From an uncultured Clostridia bacterium (GTDB taxonomy: Bacteria > Bacillota > Clostridia > TANB77 > CAG-508): a stretch of 64,000 nucleotides of DNA. This document shows positions 1 to 8,805 of this stretch, one piece after another. The notes under the pieces are model-generated. The model saw nothing but the letters and a program-made list of their open reading frames with translations, ran no database searches and had not been told where the DNA came from. The stretch covers positions 16,591 through 80,590 of the forward strand of contig CANRHQ010000001.1 of assembly GCA_947630445.1 (NCBI GenBank). Direction: 5' to 3'. The position numbers and the translations under genes are program-made. Position 1 is the stretch's first letter; the number at the start of each line of letters is the position of its first letter.

Positions 1-11
1 TTCCTCCTATT

Positions 12-839
12 CTACTTTCTTCTCTTTACTATAAATTTATTTGTAATATTTTTAGAATCTCTTGTCTTATATCCTAATGCTGGTTTACCCCAAGGTGTTA
101 ATGGTCCAGCGTGTCCTATTGGAGCTCTACCTTCACCACCACCATGTGGGTGATCTACTGGGTTCATTACAGAACCTCTAACTGTAGGTCTTATTCCTAA
201 ATGTCTTGTTTTTCCTGCTTTTCCTAAATTTGTATTTTCATGGTCAGCATTTCCTACTGTTCCTATTGTTGCTCTACAATTTGATAAGATTAATCTCATT
301 TCTCCTGAAGGTAATCTTACATGTGCATATTTTCCTTCTTTTGCCATAAGTTGTGCACTTTGTCCAGCAACTCTTACTAATTTAGCACCTTGATTTGGAT
401 TTAATTCTATATTATGAATTAATGTTCCTACAGGTATGTTTGCTATTGGTAAACTGTTTCCTGCTTTTATATCTACATTTTCTCCTGATATTACTTTATC
501 TCCATCTTTTAATCCTTGTGGTGCTATAATGTAACTTAATGTTCCATCTTCATATTTTATTAATGCTATATTGGCACTTCTATTTGGATCATATTCAATT
601 CCAACTACTGTTGCCTCCATATCATCTTTTTGTCTTTTAAAATCTATTATTCTATATTTTTGTCTGTTTCCTCCACCTTGATGTCTTACTGTTATTCTAC
701 CATATGAATTTCTACCTGCATTTTTCTTTTTACTTGCTAATAAAGATTTTTCAGGTGTCTTTTTTGTTACTTCTTCATATGTTGAAACTGCCATATTTCT
801 TCTTGATGGTGTATATGCTTTGAAGTGTTTCATTCCCAT
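12..839 (-). CDS. rplB: 50S ribosomal protein L2
   Basis: 275 aa; the sequence ([16 protein letters not shown]..., HPHGGGEG, C-terminal KRRK) is unmistakably L2; sits in the conserved S10-operon order after L23. Confidence 0.95.
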   Translation of the reverse strand: MGMKHFKAYTPSRRNMAVSTYEEVTKKTPEKSLLASKKKNAGRNSYGRITVRHQGGGNRQKYRIIDFKRQKDDMEATVVGIEYDPNRSANIALIKYEDGTLSYIIAPQGLKDGDKVISGENVDIKAGNSLPIANIPVGTLIHNIELNPNQGAKLVRVAGQSAQLMAKEGKYAHVRLPSGEMRLILSNCRATIGTVGNADHENTNLGKAGKTRHLGIRPTVRGSVMNPVDHPHGGGEGRAPIGHAGPLTPWGKPALGYKTRDSKNITNKFIVKRRK

Positions 840-938
840 TTTTATTCTCTCCTTTTCTCATTCATACGAATTTTTTCCTGCTTCGTTTGCAGATATTCTT
901 TATTTTCCGGGGACTTTCCCGATATTTTTTATTATGAT

Positions 939-1286
939 TTATGCTCCCATAAATTCATCTATTGCATCTTTGTATTTTTTAGATACTTTAACTGTTTTTC
1001 CACCTTTTCCAAGGTATGTTTGTTCAGCTGGATTTGTATCAATTGTTACAATTGCTTTTTTCCAATCTGATGTTTTTCCTTCTTTATATCTTACTCTTTT
1101 TGTTTTTCCTTTTACTGTCATTGTGTTTACTTTTTTTACTTTTACTTCAAAAAGTTTTTCTACAGCTTTTGCTATTTCTACTTTTGTAGCATTTCTATTA
1201 ACTTCGAAAGTGTATTTTCCTGATTGCATTTCATCATTACTTTTTTCAGTTACTACTGGTCCTACTATAATTTCTTCTGGTAACAT
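939..1286 (-). CDS. rplW: 50S ribosomal protein L23, with a C-terminal extension of about 20 aa relative to Bacillus L23
   Basis: N-terminus ...PVVTEKS..KYTFEV...KVEIAKAVEKLFEVKV.KVNTM matches L23; operon position between L4 and L2. Confidence 0.85.
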   Translation of the reverse strand: MLPEEIIVGPVVTEKSNDEMQSGKYTFEVNRNATKVEIAKAVEKLFEVKVKKVNTMTVKGKTKRVRYKEGKTSDWKKAIVTIDTNPAEQTYLGKGGKTVKVSKKYKDAIDEFMGA

Positions 1287-1909
1287 TAGGCATACACCTC
1301 CTCTAATTTTTTAACAGTTTCTAATGGTAAAACTAATTTATTGTATTTTAATAAGTCAAATACATTTATTGTGTTTAATTGTATTGTTTTAACACCTTCT
1401 ATATTTCTACTTGATAAATAAACATTTTCATTTTTATCTGCTAATATGATTAATGTTTTTCCTTCTACTTTTAAACTTGTTAAAGCCTTTACCATCGTTT
1501 TTGTTTTTGGTTCTTTTACTTCTAATTTGTCAACAACTGTTAAGTTATTATCTAATACTTTTGAACTTAATAATGATTTTATTGCTAATTGCTTTTCTTT
1601 TTTATTTATTTTGTATTTATATGAACGTGGTTTTGGACCTAAAGCTATACCACCTTTAATCCATTGTGGAGCACGAATACTACCTTGTCTTGCTCTACCT
1701 GTTCCTTTTTGTCTCCATGGTTTTTTACCACCACCACGAACTTCTGCTCTTGTTTTAGTACTTTGTGTACCTTGTCTTTGATTAGCTAAGTAGTTTACTA
1801 ATACACTGTGAACAATATTTTCATTTGGTTCAATACCAAATACTGATTCACTTAATTCTACATCACTAACTTTTTTACCTTGCATGTTATATACATCTAC
1901 TTTTGGCAT
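1286..1909 (-). CDS. rplD: 50S ribosomal protein L4
   Basis: 207 aa; motif GGGKKPWRQKGTGRARQGSIRAPQW is typical L4; operon position. Confidence 0.95.
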   Translation of the reverse strand: MPKVDVYNMQGKKVSDVELSESVFGIEPNENIVHSVLVNYLANQRQGTQSTKTRAEVRGGGKKPWRQKGTGRARQGSIRAPQWIKGGIALGPKPRSYKYKINKKEKQLAIKSLLSSKVLDNNLTVVDKLEVKEPKTKTMVKALTSLKVEGKTLIILADKNENVYLSSRNIEGVKTIQLNTINVFDLLKYNKLVLPLETVKKLEEVYA

Positions 1910-1935
1910 TTCGTTTTTCCTCCTTCTTTAAATAC

Positions 1936-2565
1936 TTAAGCCTTTACAGCTGATTTTATTTTTAAGATAGCACCTTTTGCTCCTGGAACACTACCTTTTA
2001 CTAATATTACATTTTTATCCATATCAACTTTAACAACATCTAAGTTTTGGATTGTAACTGTTACATTTCCCATATGTCCTGGAAGTTTTTTACCTTTAAA
2101 TACTCTTCCTGGTGTTGATGTTGGTCCCATTGAACCTGGTCTTCTGTGATACATTGAACCATGTCCCATTGGTCCTCTATGTTGTCCATGTCTTTTTATT
2201 ACACCTTGGAATCCTTTTCCTTTTGATGTTCCTTGTACATCTATTTTTTCTCCTACAGAAAATACATCTGCTTTTAATTCATCTCCGACTTTTATTCCTT
2301 CGATTGAATCTAATTTAAATTCTCTTAAATGTTTTTTTGGTGCTACATTTGCTTTTGCAAAATGTCCTTTTTCTGGTTTGTTAACTTTCTTTTCTTTTAC
2401 TTCTCCAAATCCTAGTTGTACTGCTTCATATCCATCTTTTTCTAATGTTTTTACTTGAGCAACTACACATGGACCTGCTTCTATTACTGTTACTGGAATA
2501 ACTGTTCCTTTTTCATCAAATATTTGTGTCATTCCAACTTTTTTTCCTATTAATGCTTTTTTCAT
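1936..2565 (-). CDS. rplC: 50S ribosomal protein L3
   Basis: 209 aa; [20 protein letters not shown]... matches L3 N-terminus; operon position. Confidence 0.95.
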   Translation of the reverse strand: MKKALIGKKVGMTQIFDEKGTVIPVTVIEAGPCVVAQVKTLEKDGYEAVQLGFGEVKEKKVNKPEKGHFAKANVAPKKHLREFKLDSIEGIKVGDELKADVFSVGEKIDVQGTSKGKGFQGVIKRHGQHRGPMGHGSMYHRRPGSMGPTSTPGRVFKGKKLPGHMGNVTVTIQNLDVVKVDMDKNVILVKGSVPGAKGAILKIKSAVKA

Positions 2566-2652
2566 TTTAATCCTCCTTATACATACGCTAAGAGTTAACT
2601 TAACTATTGGCTGATAAGCGACCAGCTTGGTTTTTTATTTATATTTTTGAAA

Positions 2653-2976
2653 CTAGTTTTTTATTTCTATATCAACACCTGCTGGTAGTTCTAGTTTCAT
2701 TAAACTATCCATTGTTTTTTGTGTTGGGTAAAGAATATCAATTACTCTTTTATGTGTTCTCATTTCAAATTGTTCTCTTGAATCTTTGTCTTTATGTGGA
2801 GAACGCAAAATTGTTACGATTTCTTTTTGTGTTGGTAATGGAATAGGACCTGATACTTTTGCTCCTGTTTTTTTAGCAGTATCTACTATCTTTTCAGCAG
2901 ACTGATCTAAAACTACATGGTCATAAGCCTTTAGTCTTATTCTAATTTTTTCACTTGCTACAATTGAATTTGCCAT
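2653..2976 (-). CDS. rpsJ: 30S ribosomal protein S10; start refined to the internal ATG that gives [20 protein letters not shown]
   Basis: Protein from MANS... onward is a canonical S10 of about 107 aa. The longer track ORF (to 3036) adds 20 non-conserved residues. An RBS 'aaggaggg' precedes the ATG at 2976. Confidence 0.9.
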   Translation of the reverse strand: MANSIVASEKIRIRLKAYDHVVLDQSAEKIVDTAKKTGAKVSGPIPLPTQKEIVTILRSPHKDKDSREQFEMRTHKRVIDILYPTQKTMDSLMKLELPAGVDIEIKN

Positions 2977-3036
2977 TGTAATTTCCCTCCTTAAAATAAT
3001 ATTTTTAAAATTACGCGTTGGCAAGTTATAACGCAC

Positions 3037-3290
3037 CCTGGTGTTTTGTTTTTACCCATTTTTTAATCCCAAAAATTGCATGGTTATTTTGGGATAAGTG
3101 CTTTTATTCTTACCGCCTGGTCTAGCCAAGACATACTCCACTGAAGTTCCCTCCACCCGTAAGGATGTAGCCACATTCAGCTTCAACGCTAAAATTCATG
3201 CTTCATTATTATATATCCTTTCTTCCGTAATGTCAAGAGTTTTTTGTTTATTTTTACAAAATTTTACTTGTGAACATATAAAAAAATTCT
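3037..3290 (-). promoter_or_regulatory. S10-operon promoter (TTGACA-17-TATATAAT, about 3265-3236) followed by a GC-rich, structured 5' leader of about 210 nt
   Basis: Minus strand reads cTTGACAttacggaagaaaggataTATAATaatg, then a GC-rich leader (ggctacatccttacgggtggagggaacttcag...) in a ~27% GC genome, containing the hairpin atcccaaaa/ttttgggat. Confidence 0.5.
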
Positions 3291-3312
3291 TAAGTTAAAT
3301 ACTTAAGAACTT

Positions 3313-4311
3313 TTATACTATATATTCTATTTTATTGCTTGGAAAATATTTGGACATTTGCTCTCTTAAAAAAATTTCAGCTTCTTTTCTTGTTTCTTGT
3401 TTATATGCATATTTTCCTCTACCTCTTCCTGTCATTATTTCTCTATTGTATAAATTTATTGCATTTGGAAATGCCTCTTCATTAATTTTTGTATGCACAT
3501 AACTATATGTCATAAATATTATTTCAAAAAATGCTTCTTTTTTTACTTTTTCTGATAATTCTAAACTCAATCTTTGTATTAATTCTGTATATAATTGCTT
3601 CCAATTATCAACTAATATTACTGGTGCAATCAATATTCCTATTTTGTAATCTGCTTCTGCTAATTTGTTTATTGCTTCTATTCTTCCTTTTAATCTTGAT
3701 GTTCCGAATTCTACTTTGTTTATTATTTCTTCTGGATTTACACTCATTCGAATTATTATCTTTTTATTATGCGCTAATGGTAAAAGAGGATCTATCATAT
3801 CAAATTTTGTTGGAAATGTTAATTTTCCCTTTTCTGTTTTTGCAAAGTTTTCTATAGTCCAAATTAAATTTCCTGTAATTGTGTTTTCTAATACTAAATC
3901 ACTATTACTTCCTATTTCAAATGTTAAATCTTTTTCACTTTTTTGTGCAGTTTTTATAATTTTTTCTAGCATCTGTTCTCTATTTACAAATAGTCTTAAA
4001 TATGCACATTTATTGTAATTACAAACTAAATAACAGTACATACACATTGCTGTACAGCCAGAAGATGTGTATGGCACTAAATAATCTGATGTTTTGTGAT
4101 TTTCTACAAATTTATGAGTTTTCCTTATTCCTATTATTAGATTACTTTTCATGTTTGCAAATTCTGAATTTTGCTTTTTTCTCATTTCTTCTATATTATT
4201 ATGGTTTTCTATTTCTATTTTGGGTGTTTCTTTGTATTGTTCCATTAGTTGTTTTCCTAGTGGATAATTGATTATTTCTTTTTCATAATAAATTGCTTTA
4301 GGGTTAAACAT
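3313..4311 (-). CDS. splB: spore photoproduct lyase (radical SAM)
   Basis: 332 aa; N-terminus resembles B. subtilis SplB (..IYYE..INYPLGKQL..); radical SAM triad C-x3-C-x2-C in SGCTAMCMYCY; RBS ggag precedes the ATG. Confidence 0.8.
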   Translation of the reverse strand: MFNPKAIYYEKEIINYPLGKQLMEQYKETPKIEIENHNNIEEMRKKQNSEFANMKSNLIIGIRKTHKFVENHKTSDYLVPYTSSGCTAMCMYCYLVCNYNKCAYLRLFVNREQMLEKIIKTAQKSEKDLTFEIGSNSDLVLENTITGNLIWTIENFAKTEKGKLTFPTKFDMIDPLLPLAHNKKIIIRMSVNPEEIINKVEFGTSRLKGRIEAINKLAEADYKIGILIAPVILVDNWKQLYTELIQRLSLELSEKVKKEAFFEIIFMTYSYVHTKINEEAFPNAINLYNREIMTGRGRGKYAYKQETRKEAEIFLREQMSKYFPSNKIEYIV

Positions 4312-4342
4312 ATAAAATTCTCCTTTTATATAGTTTAACCCT
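4300..4342. repeat. long imperfect hairpin (stem of about 18 bp, loop ttctcc) that spans the splB RBS and start codon and the 3' end of hicB
   Basis: agggttaaacatataaaa-ttctcc-ttttatatagtttaaccct. On the minus-strand RNA the loop is the GGAGAA Shine-Dalgarno of splB and the AUG lies in the stem. Confidence 0.6.
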
Positions 4343-4358
4343 TTAATAAATTTTTATT
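4334..4358. repeat. direct repeat copy 1 (gtttaaccctttaataaatttttatt), ending at the hicB stop
   Basis: Identical 25-26-mer recurs at 5129-5154, ending at the folA stop. Both copies are the 3' arm of an agggttaaac/gtttaaccct hairpin. Confidence 0.8.
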
Positions 4359-4770
4359 ATCTTTTTAATATTTTTATTAATAAAGCCTCTTGTAAGACTT
4401 TTGAAAAGTTTATTCCTAATTTTTCTGCTCTTACATTTAACCAATCTGGTATTGATAATGTTTTTTTGACTGCCTTTTTTGTTCCATATTTTTTTGTATA
4501 TTTGTCTATATCTAATAATAATAAACTTTTAAATCCATTTTCTTTTTCTAACTTTATATCTTTTAGATTACTTGGTGATGGAATTTCCTCATTATCTTCT
4601 ATCGAAGTTAAAATCCACCCTAATGCCGCATCTTGTGCCATTTCTACTGCTTCTACTAATGTATCTCCTTGTGTGCAACAACCTAATAAATCTGGAATAT
4701 CAACACTATATCCCCCATCTTCCTGCTCATAAAAACATGCTGGATAGACTAATTTCATTATTTTCACCAT
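4357..4770 (-). CDS. hicB: HicB-family antitoxin (UPF0150 N-domain plus C-terminal RHH/HTH)
   Basis: 137 aa; ...YPACFYEQEDGGYSVDIPDLLGCCTQGDTLVEAVEMAQDAL... is the HicB N-domain; C-terminal LSIPDWLNVRAEKLGINFSKVLQEAL is a DNA-binding motif; overlaps hicA by 7 nt. Confidence 0.8.
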   Translation of the reverse strand: MVKIMKLVYPACFYEQEDGGYSVDIPDLLGCCTQGDTLVEAVEMAQDAALGWILTSIEDNEEIPSPSNLKDIKLEKENGFKSLLLLDIDKYTKKYGTKKAVKKTLSIPDWLNVRAEKLGINFSKVLQEALLIKILKR

Positions 4771-4961
4771 TTACCATCTTTTTTTATTTTTGCTTGCTTG
4801 TATATAGATTCAATGGTCCCTTTCTTTATTTCTTTGTTATGTCTTGGAATTGTAACTTTTCCTTTTTTAGTATTATGCTTATATTGATAGTGTGATCCTA
4901 CTATTCTGTATAAATACCATCCATCTTTCTTTAAGATTTTCTCTATTTCTTTAAAAGTCAA
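4764..4961 (-). CDS. hicA: HicA-family mRNA interferase toxin (TTG start)
   Basis: 65 aa; ...DGWYLYRIVGSHYQYKH..GKVTIPRHNKEIKKGTIESIYKQAKI matches HicA (YcfA-like); RBS aggagg precedes. Confidence 0.8.
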   Translation of the reverse strand: MTFKEIEKILKKDGWYLYRIVGSHYQYKHNTKKGKVTIPRHNKEIKKGTIESIYKQAKIKKDGKW

Positions 4962-4976
4962 ATTACCTCCTTTCTT

Positions 4977-5005
4977 ATTATATTACGTATTGTACGTATT
5001 GTCAA
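4977..5005 (-). promoter_or_regulatory. hicAB promoter (TTGACA-17-TATAAT) whose spacer holds a tandem 9-bp repeat tacgtattg x2, a candidate HicB operator
   Basis: Plus strand attata(4977-4982)...tacgtattgtacgtattg...tgtcaa(5000-5005); both hexamers are consensus. Confidence 0.55.
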
Positions 5006-5112
5006 TATTAATTTTGAGATTTTACAGAAAAAAAATTTGAATAAAATTTTTGATATAACATAAAATATTATAACATTGATTGATTGTGCTTGCAAGAACT
5101 TTTTTCAATAAA

Positions 5113-5154
5113 TTAGGGTTAAACTTGTGTTTAACCCTTTAATAAATTTTTATT
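5113..5154. repeat. perfect 10-bp hairpin agggttaaac-ttgt-gtttaaccct plus direct repeat copy 2, located at the folA 3' end
   Basis: Same arms as the 4300-4342 hairpin; followed on the plus strand by a T-rich tract. Confidence 0.7.
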
Positions 5155-5642
5155 TATTTTCTTACATATGTAATGAACTCATAATCTAAATTATTATTAT
5201 CATCTTTAATTCCCTTAATTCTTTCGACTTCTTTCCATACATTTTCATCTATTCTAGGAAAAAATGCATCTCCATCAAAATCTTTATTAATCTGTGTTAC
5301 ATACATTTTTTTTACATATGGCATTAACAAATTATATATCATTGCTCCGCCTATAACAAAATTTTCTTCTTCATTTTCTATATATTCTTGTATTTGTAAC
5401 ATAGAATGTACTATTTCCACATTTTCATCATTTACTTTAAAGTCTGGATTTTGACTAAATATTATATGCTTTCTATTTGGTAAAACTCTTCCTAATGATT
5501 CAAATGTTTTTCTTCCCATTATTATATTATGGTTCATTGTTAATTCTTTAAATCTTTTTAAATCTTCTGACAAATGCCATATTATTTGATTATTTTTTCC
5601 TATTACATTATTTTTTGCTTTTGCTACTATTATACTTAACAT
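5154..5642 (-). CDS. folA: dihydrofolate reductase
   Basis: 162 aa; ...IIWHLSEDLKRFKELTMNHNIIMGRKTFESLGRVLPNRKHIIFS... is canonical DHFR; immediately downstream of thyA. Confidence 0.9.
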   Translation of the reverse strand: MLSIIVAKAKNNVIGKNNQIIWHLSEDLKRFKELTMNHNIIMGRKTFESLGRVLPNRKHIIFSQNPDFKVNDENVEIVHSMLQIQEYIENEEENFVIGGAMIYNLLMPYVKKMYVTQINKDFDGDAFFPRIDENVWKEVERIKGIKDDNNNLDYEFITYVRK

Positions 5643-5653
5643 ATTTTACCTTC

Positions 5654-6511
5654 CTATTCTGCAACTGGTATTTTGCCTAATTTTATTTCTTTATTATAAT
5701 CATATCCTTCTATTTCAAAATCTTCAGCTTTAAATTCATAGAAGTTCTTTGTTGGATTTTTTATTATTAATTTAGGATGTACATCTTTTGCCTCTGCTTC
5801 TATTAATTTTTTTACTAATGGTATGTGTCTATCATAAATATGACAGTCTCCTATATTATGTGTTAGTGTTCCTACTTCTAGCCCTGAAATTTGTGCAAAC
5901 ATACATTGAAGTGCTGCATATTGCATTACATTCCATCCATTTGCTGCCAACATATCTTGTGAACGTTGATTTAAAATTAAATGTAACTTTCCACCTTTTA
6001 CAAGCCATTGTGTTCCATAAACACATGGTTCTAATGCCATATCTTTTAATTCTTCGTGGTTAAATATGTTTGTCATTATTCTACGACTTGATGAATCATT
6101 TTTTAATAAATACAATACAAAATCAACTTGATCCATTTTTTGTATTCCTTGTTTTGTTTTAAATTCATATTTTTTTCCCATTTGATAACCATATGCTTTT
6201 CCTATTGAACCATTTTCATCTGCCCATTGATCCCATATATGTGAGTTTAAGTCATGTATATTATTTGATTTTTTTTGCCAAATCCATAATACTTCATCTA
6301 TTGCTCTTTTTACAGTTTGACTATTATTTCTTAATGTTATCATTGGAAATTCTTTACCTACATCATATTTATTTGTTACACCAATTATTGATATATAGTT
6401 TGCTTCTGTACCATCTTCCCATCTTGTTCTTACATTAGTTCCTTCTGATGAATAACCATGTTTCATAATTTCTTTACACGTTTCTATAAAATTTTTATCT
6501 GCCTCTGTCAT
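5654..6511 (-). CDS. thyA: thymidylate synthase (ThyA, long form)
   Basis: 285 aa; full-length alignment to Bacillus/Lactobacillus-type ThyA; forms a thyA-folA operon. Confidence 0.9.
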   Translation of the reverse strand: MTEADKNFIETCKEIMKHGYSSEGTNVRTRWEDGTEANYISIIGVTNKYDVGKEFPMITLRNNSQTVKRAIDEVLWIWQKKSNNIHDLNSHIWDQWADENGSIGKAYGYQMGKKYEFKTKQGIQKMDQVDFVLYLLKNDSSSRRIMTNIFNHEELKDMALEPCVYGTQWLVKGGKLHLILNQRSQDMLAANGWNVMQYAALQCMFAQISGLEVGTLTHNIGDCHIYDRHIPLVKKLIEAEAKDVHPKLIIKNPTKNFYEFKAEDFEIEGYDYNKEIKLGKIPVAE

Positions 6512-6587
6512 ATTAACTCCTCCTTTATTTTTTTGAGTATATCACACTATTTTCTTTTTTTCTACAAATTTTTTAAAAAAACAAATA

Positions 6588-6636
6588 AAAAGAACCTAAA
6601 GATAATTTATTATAACTATCTAAGGTTCTTTTTTGT
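6588..6636. terminator. bidirectional rho-independent terminator between the 6656-7153 gene and thyA
   Basis: aaaagaacctaaagata...tatctaaggttctttttt; stem flanked by A and T runs. Confidence 0.5.
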
Positions 6637-6655
6637 GGTTAACCATGCTCTTTGA

Positions 6656-7153
6656 TTAATCGCTATATATAAGTGATTTTAGATGTTCACACCAATCTGC
6701 AGATGACTTATCTACATACTGCATATTATGTGAATTTATCAATTCTTGCATTTGCTTTGGGGAGTTTGAGGTATCAGAAGGAAAAAATTTATAATAATAA
6801 AAAGTTGTAACTATTATTATTTTTGGTTCTTTTTTTCCTTTTTCTCTGCAAATAGCCCTACAAAGTTCACCAAATGCTACTGGAAAATATTCTTCACTTT
6901 TATATAGCTTTCTTAATAATGCCCTGCTATTGTCATCAAATAACATTTCATCAAAATTAACATCAAGATTTTCTCCTAAAACGATAACATCAAAATTCAT
7001 TTGAGTATATAAAAGATAAAATAAACATCCTTCTATACTTGATATACTTTTGACAATGCTTTCATTGTGTTGGAGGTATCTTGATAATCTGCTTAACAGT
7101 CTGCGTTTACCCTCTACAATGTATATTTGCACCCATTTCCTCCTTTTTAGCAT
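6656..7153 (-). CDS. hypothetical protein, possibly a degenerate (pseudo-)receiver domain
   Basis: 165 aa; pattern IYIVEGKRRLL...FDVIVLGENL...KIIIVTT follows the CheY-like beta-alpha layout, but the acidic pocket and phospho-acceptor positions are replaced (EG; G-E). Confidence 0.3.
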   Translation of the reverse strand: MLKRRKWVQIYIVEGKRRLLSRLSRYLQHNESIVKSISSIEGCLFYLLYTQMNFDVIVLGENLDVNFDEMLFDDNSRALLRKLYKSEEYFPVAFGELCRAICREKGKKEPKIIIVTTFYYYKFFPSDTSNSPKQMQELINSHNMQYVDKSSADWCEHLKSLIYSD

Positions 7154-7228
7154 GGTTCCACTTCAAATTGTTTTGCAAACATTTGCCATTATAACACCAT
7201 TGTTATTTTTTTGCAATAAATTATTTAA

Positions 7229-8107
7229 TTAAAATTCCCAGTTTGGTACATATTCTTCTTCATGTTCTCCAAGCTCCTGAATATAGCCATTTTCTATTTG
7301 TAATTCTTCTATATATTTTTCAATTTCATGCCATTCATCTTGAGTTAATTTTCTATTTATATCTGATATTTCTTTTGCTTTATATGTAGGAAAATATTGT
7401 GCCATAATACTTATATATACTTCATTATCTATATTTTCTTTTAACCATTTCAATATTTTTTTACTATTATCTATATTGTTTGGCAAAACTAAATGTCTTA
7501 TTACTAATCCCTTTTTTATAATGCCATCTTTTCTAAAAACAGGTGCACCAACTTGTCTATACATTTCTTTTATGGCATTTATAGCTATTTCAAAATAATT
7601 ATCTATTTTTGAATATTTTTTTCCTAACTCATTTTCAAAATATTTTAAATCTGGTAAATATATATCTATCAATCCTTCGAGCATTTTTAGAGTTTCGACA
7701 CTCTCATATGCATTTGTATTATATACTATTGGTATGTATAATCCTTTTTGTTTTGCTATTTTAATTGCTTCTTTTATATGAATTGCATAACTTGTTGGAG
7801 TTACCAAATTTATATTTTCTACACCTTTTTCTTGTTGTTCTAACATTATTTCTGCTAATTCTTGAATCGTTATTTCTTTTCCTCTGCCTTGTTGACTTAT
7901 TTCATAGTTTTGACAATATACACAATTCATATTACAATTTGAAAAAAATATTGTACCAGATCCATTTTCTCCGCTTATACATGGTTCTTCAAAATTATGT
8001 ATTGAATATAATGCTATTTTTACTTTATTTGTTGCTTTACATCTTCCTATTTGTTTATTTCTATTTATTCCACATTTATGTGGACATATAGTACATTTTT
8101 CTAACAT
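7229..8107 (-). CDS. radical SAM protein, PflX family (pyruvate formate-lyase activating enzyme-like)
   Basis: 292 aa; N-terminal Cys cluster CTICPHKCGINR; ...EEPCISGENGSGTIFFSNCNMNCVYCQN (CxxxCxxC) is typical of the PflX family. Confidence 0.7.
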   Translation of the reverse strand: MLEKCTICPHKCGINRNKQIGRCKATNKVKIALYSIHNFEEPCISGENGSGTIFFSNCNMNCVYCQNYEISQQGRGKEITIQELAEIMLEQQEKGVENINLVTPTSYAIHIKEAIKIAKQKGLYIPIVYNTNAYESVETLKMLEGLIDIYLPDLKYFENELGKKYSKIDNYFEIAINAIKEMYRQVGAPVFRKDGIIKKGLVIRHLVLPNNIDNSKKILKWLKENIDNEVYISIMAQYFPTYKAKEISDINRKLTQDEWHEIEKYIEELQIENGYIQELGEHEEEYVPNWEF

Positions 8108-8144
8108 TCTTTACTCCTTTTATTTCTTTATATTATAGTTTTTT

Positions 8145-8792
8145 TTATTTATAGTCAAGCAGTTCATATATTTTCATATTTGTTTTAAATATTTTATTTT
8201 CTTTTAACGTTATATCCCATAAAAAAATACAGATTAAAAATATTGCTATATTTTTGAAATAATATATTGTAATACTACTTATTATTGTTAGTATTATCAT
8301 TGTCATATTTGATATTTTATTTATTAATATTTTTGATTGTTTATTACCTAATTCAATATATAATGCACCTTTTAATATTCTCCCTCCATCCAATGGATAT
8401 ATTGGAATTAAATTAAAAAATAATATTAATATATTTGAGTAAATCACTTCTTGACTTGAAATATATATTGGAGAAATTTTAGTATATATTACTGCTATTG
8501 CAAGACTTGTAAATGGTCCAGAAAGAGCAACTAAAATTTTTTTAAGTTCTAACAAATTACCTTTTTTTATCTTAAAATTTAAATCATTTGGTTCTGCTGA
8601 AAATGCTACTGATAATCCACATGGCATAACTTCTAATTTTATTAGTTTCATTTTTAATATTAATCCCATAACTATATGTCCTATTTCATGTATAACAGAA
8701 AAAAACATTATTATTAAATATATTTTTATCTGACCTGTAAAATAAAATAAAGTCAAAAAAATAAAGATTTTTAAATCTATTCTAAATCTCAT
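8145..8792 (-). CDS. M50 site-2 protease, SpoIVFB-like
   Basis: 215 aa polytopic membrane protein; HEIGH zinc motif in TM1; LDGGR motif; lies immediately downstream of an M23 peptidase, as in spoIVFA-spoIVFB. Confidence 0.6.
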   Translation of the reverse strand: MRFRIDLKIFIFLTLFYFTGQIKIYLIIMFFSVIHEIGHIVMGLILKMKLIKLEVMPCGLSVAFSAEPNDLNFKIKKGNLLELKKILVALSGPFTSLAIAVIYTKISPIYISSQEVIYSNILILFFNLIPIYPLDGGRILKGALYIELGNKQSKILINKISNMTMIILTIISSITIYYFKNIAIFLICIFLWDITLKENKIFKTNMKIYELLDYK

Positions 8793-8805
8793 TATGACTT
8801 CCTTT

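Noticed and set aside
820-1314. Many plus-strand ORFs rich in L/F/I (for example 820-1314, 2112-2318, 25954-26274, 26320-26976, 28939-29322, 31159-31632)
   Set aside because: They are antisense to well-supported minus-strand genes (r-proteins, rpoB/rpoC, phage genes). Their low-complexity composition is what AT-rich antisense frames produce. No RBS or homology supports them.
3098-3298. 66-aa plus-strand ORF inside the S10 leader region
   Set aside because: It lies within the GC-rich untranslated leader and on the opposite strand. It has no RBS and its composition is unlike a protein.
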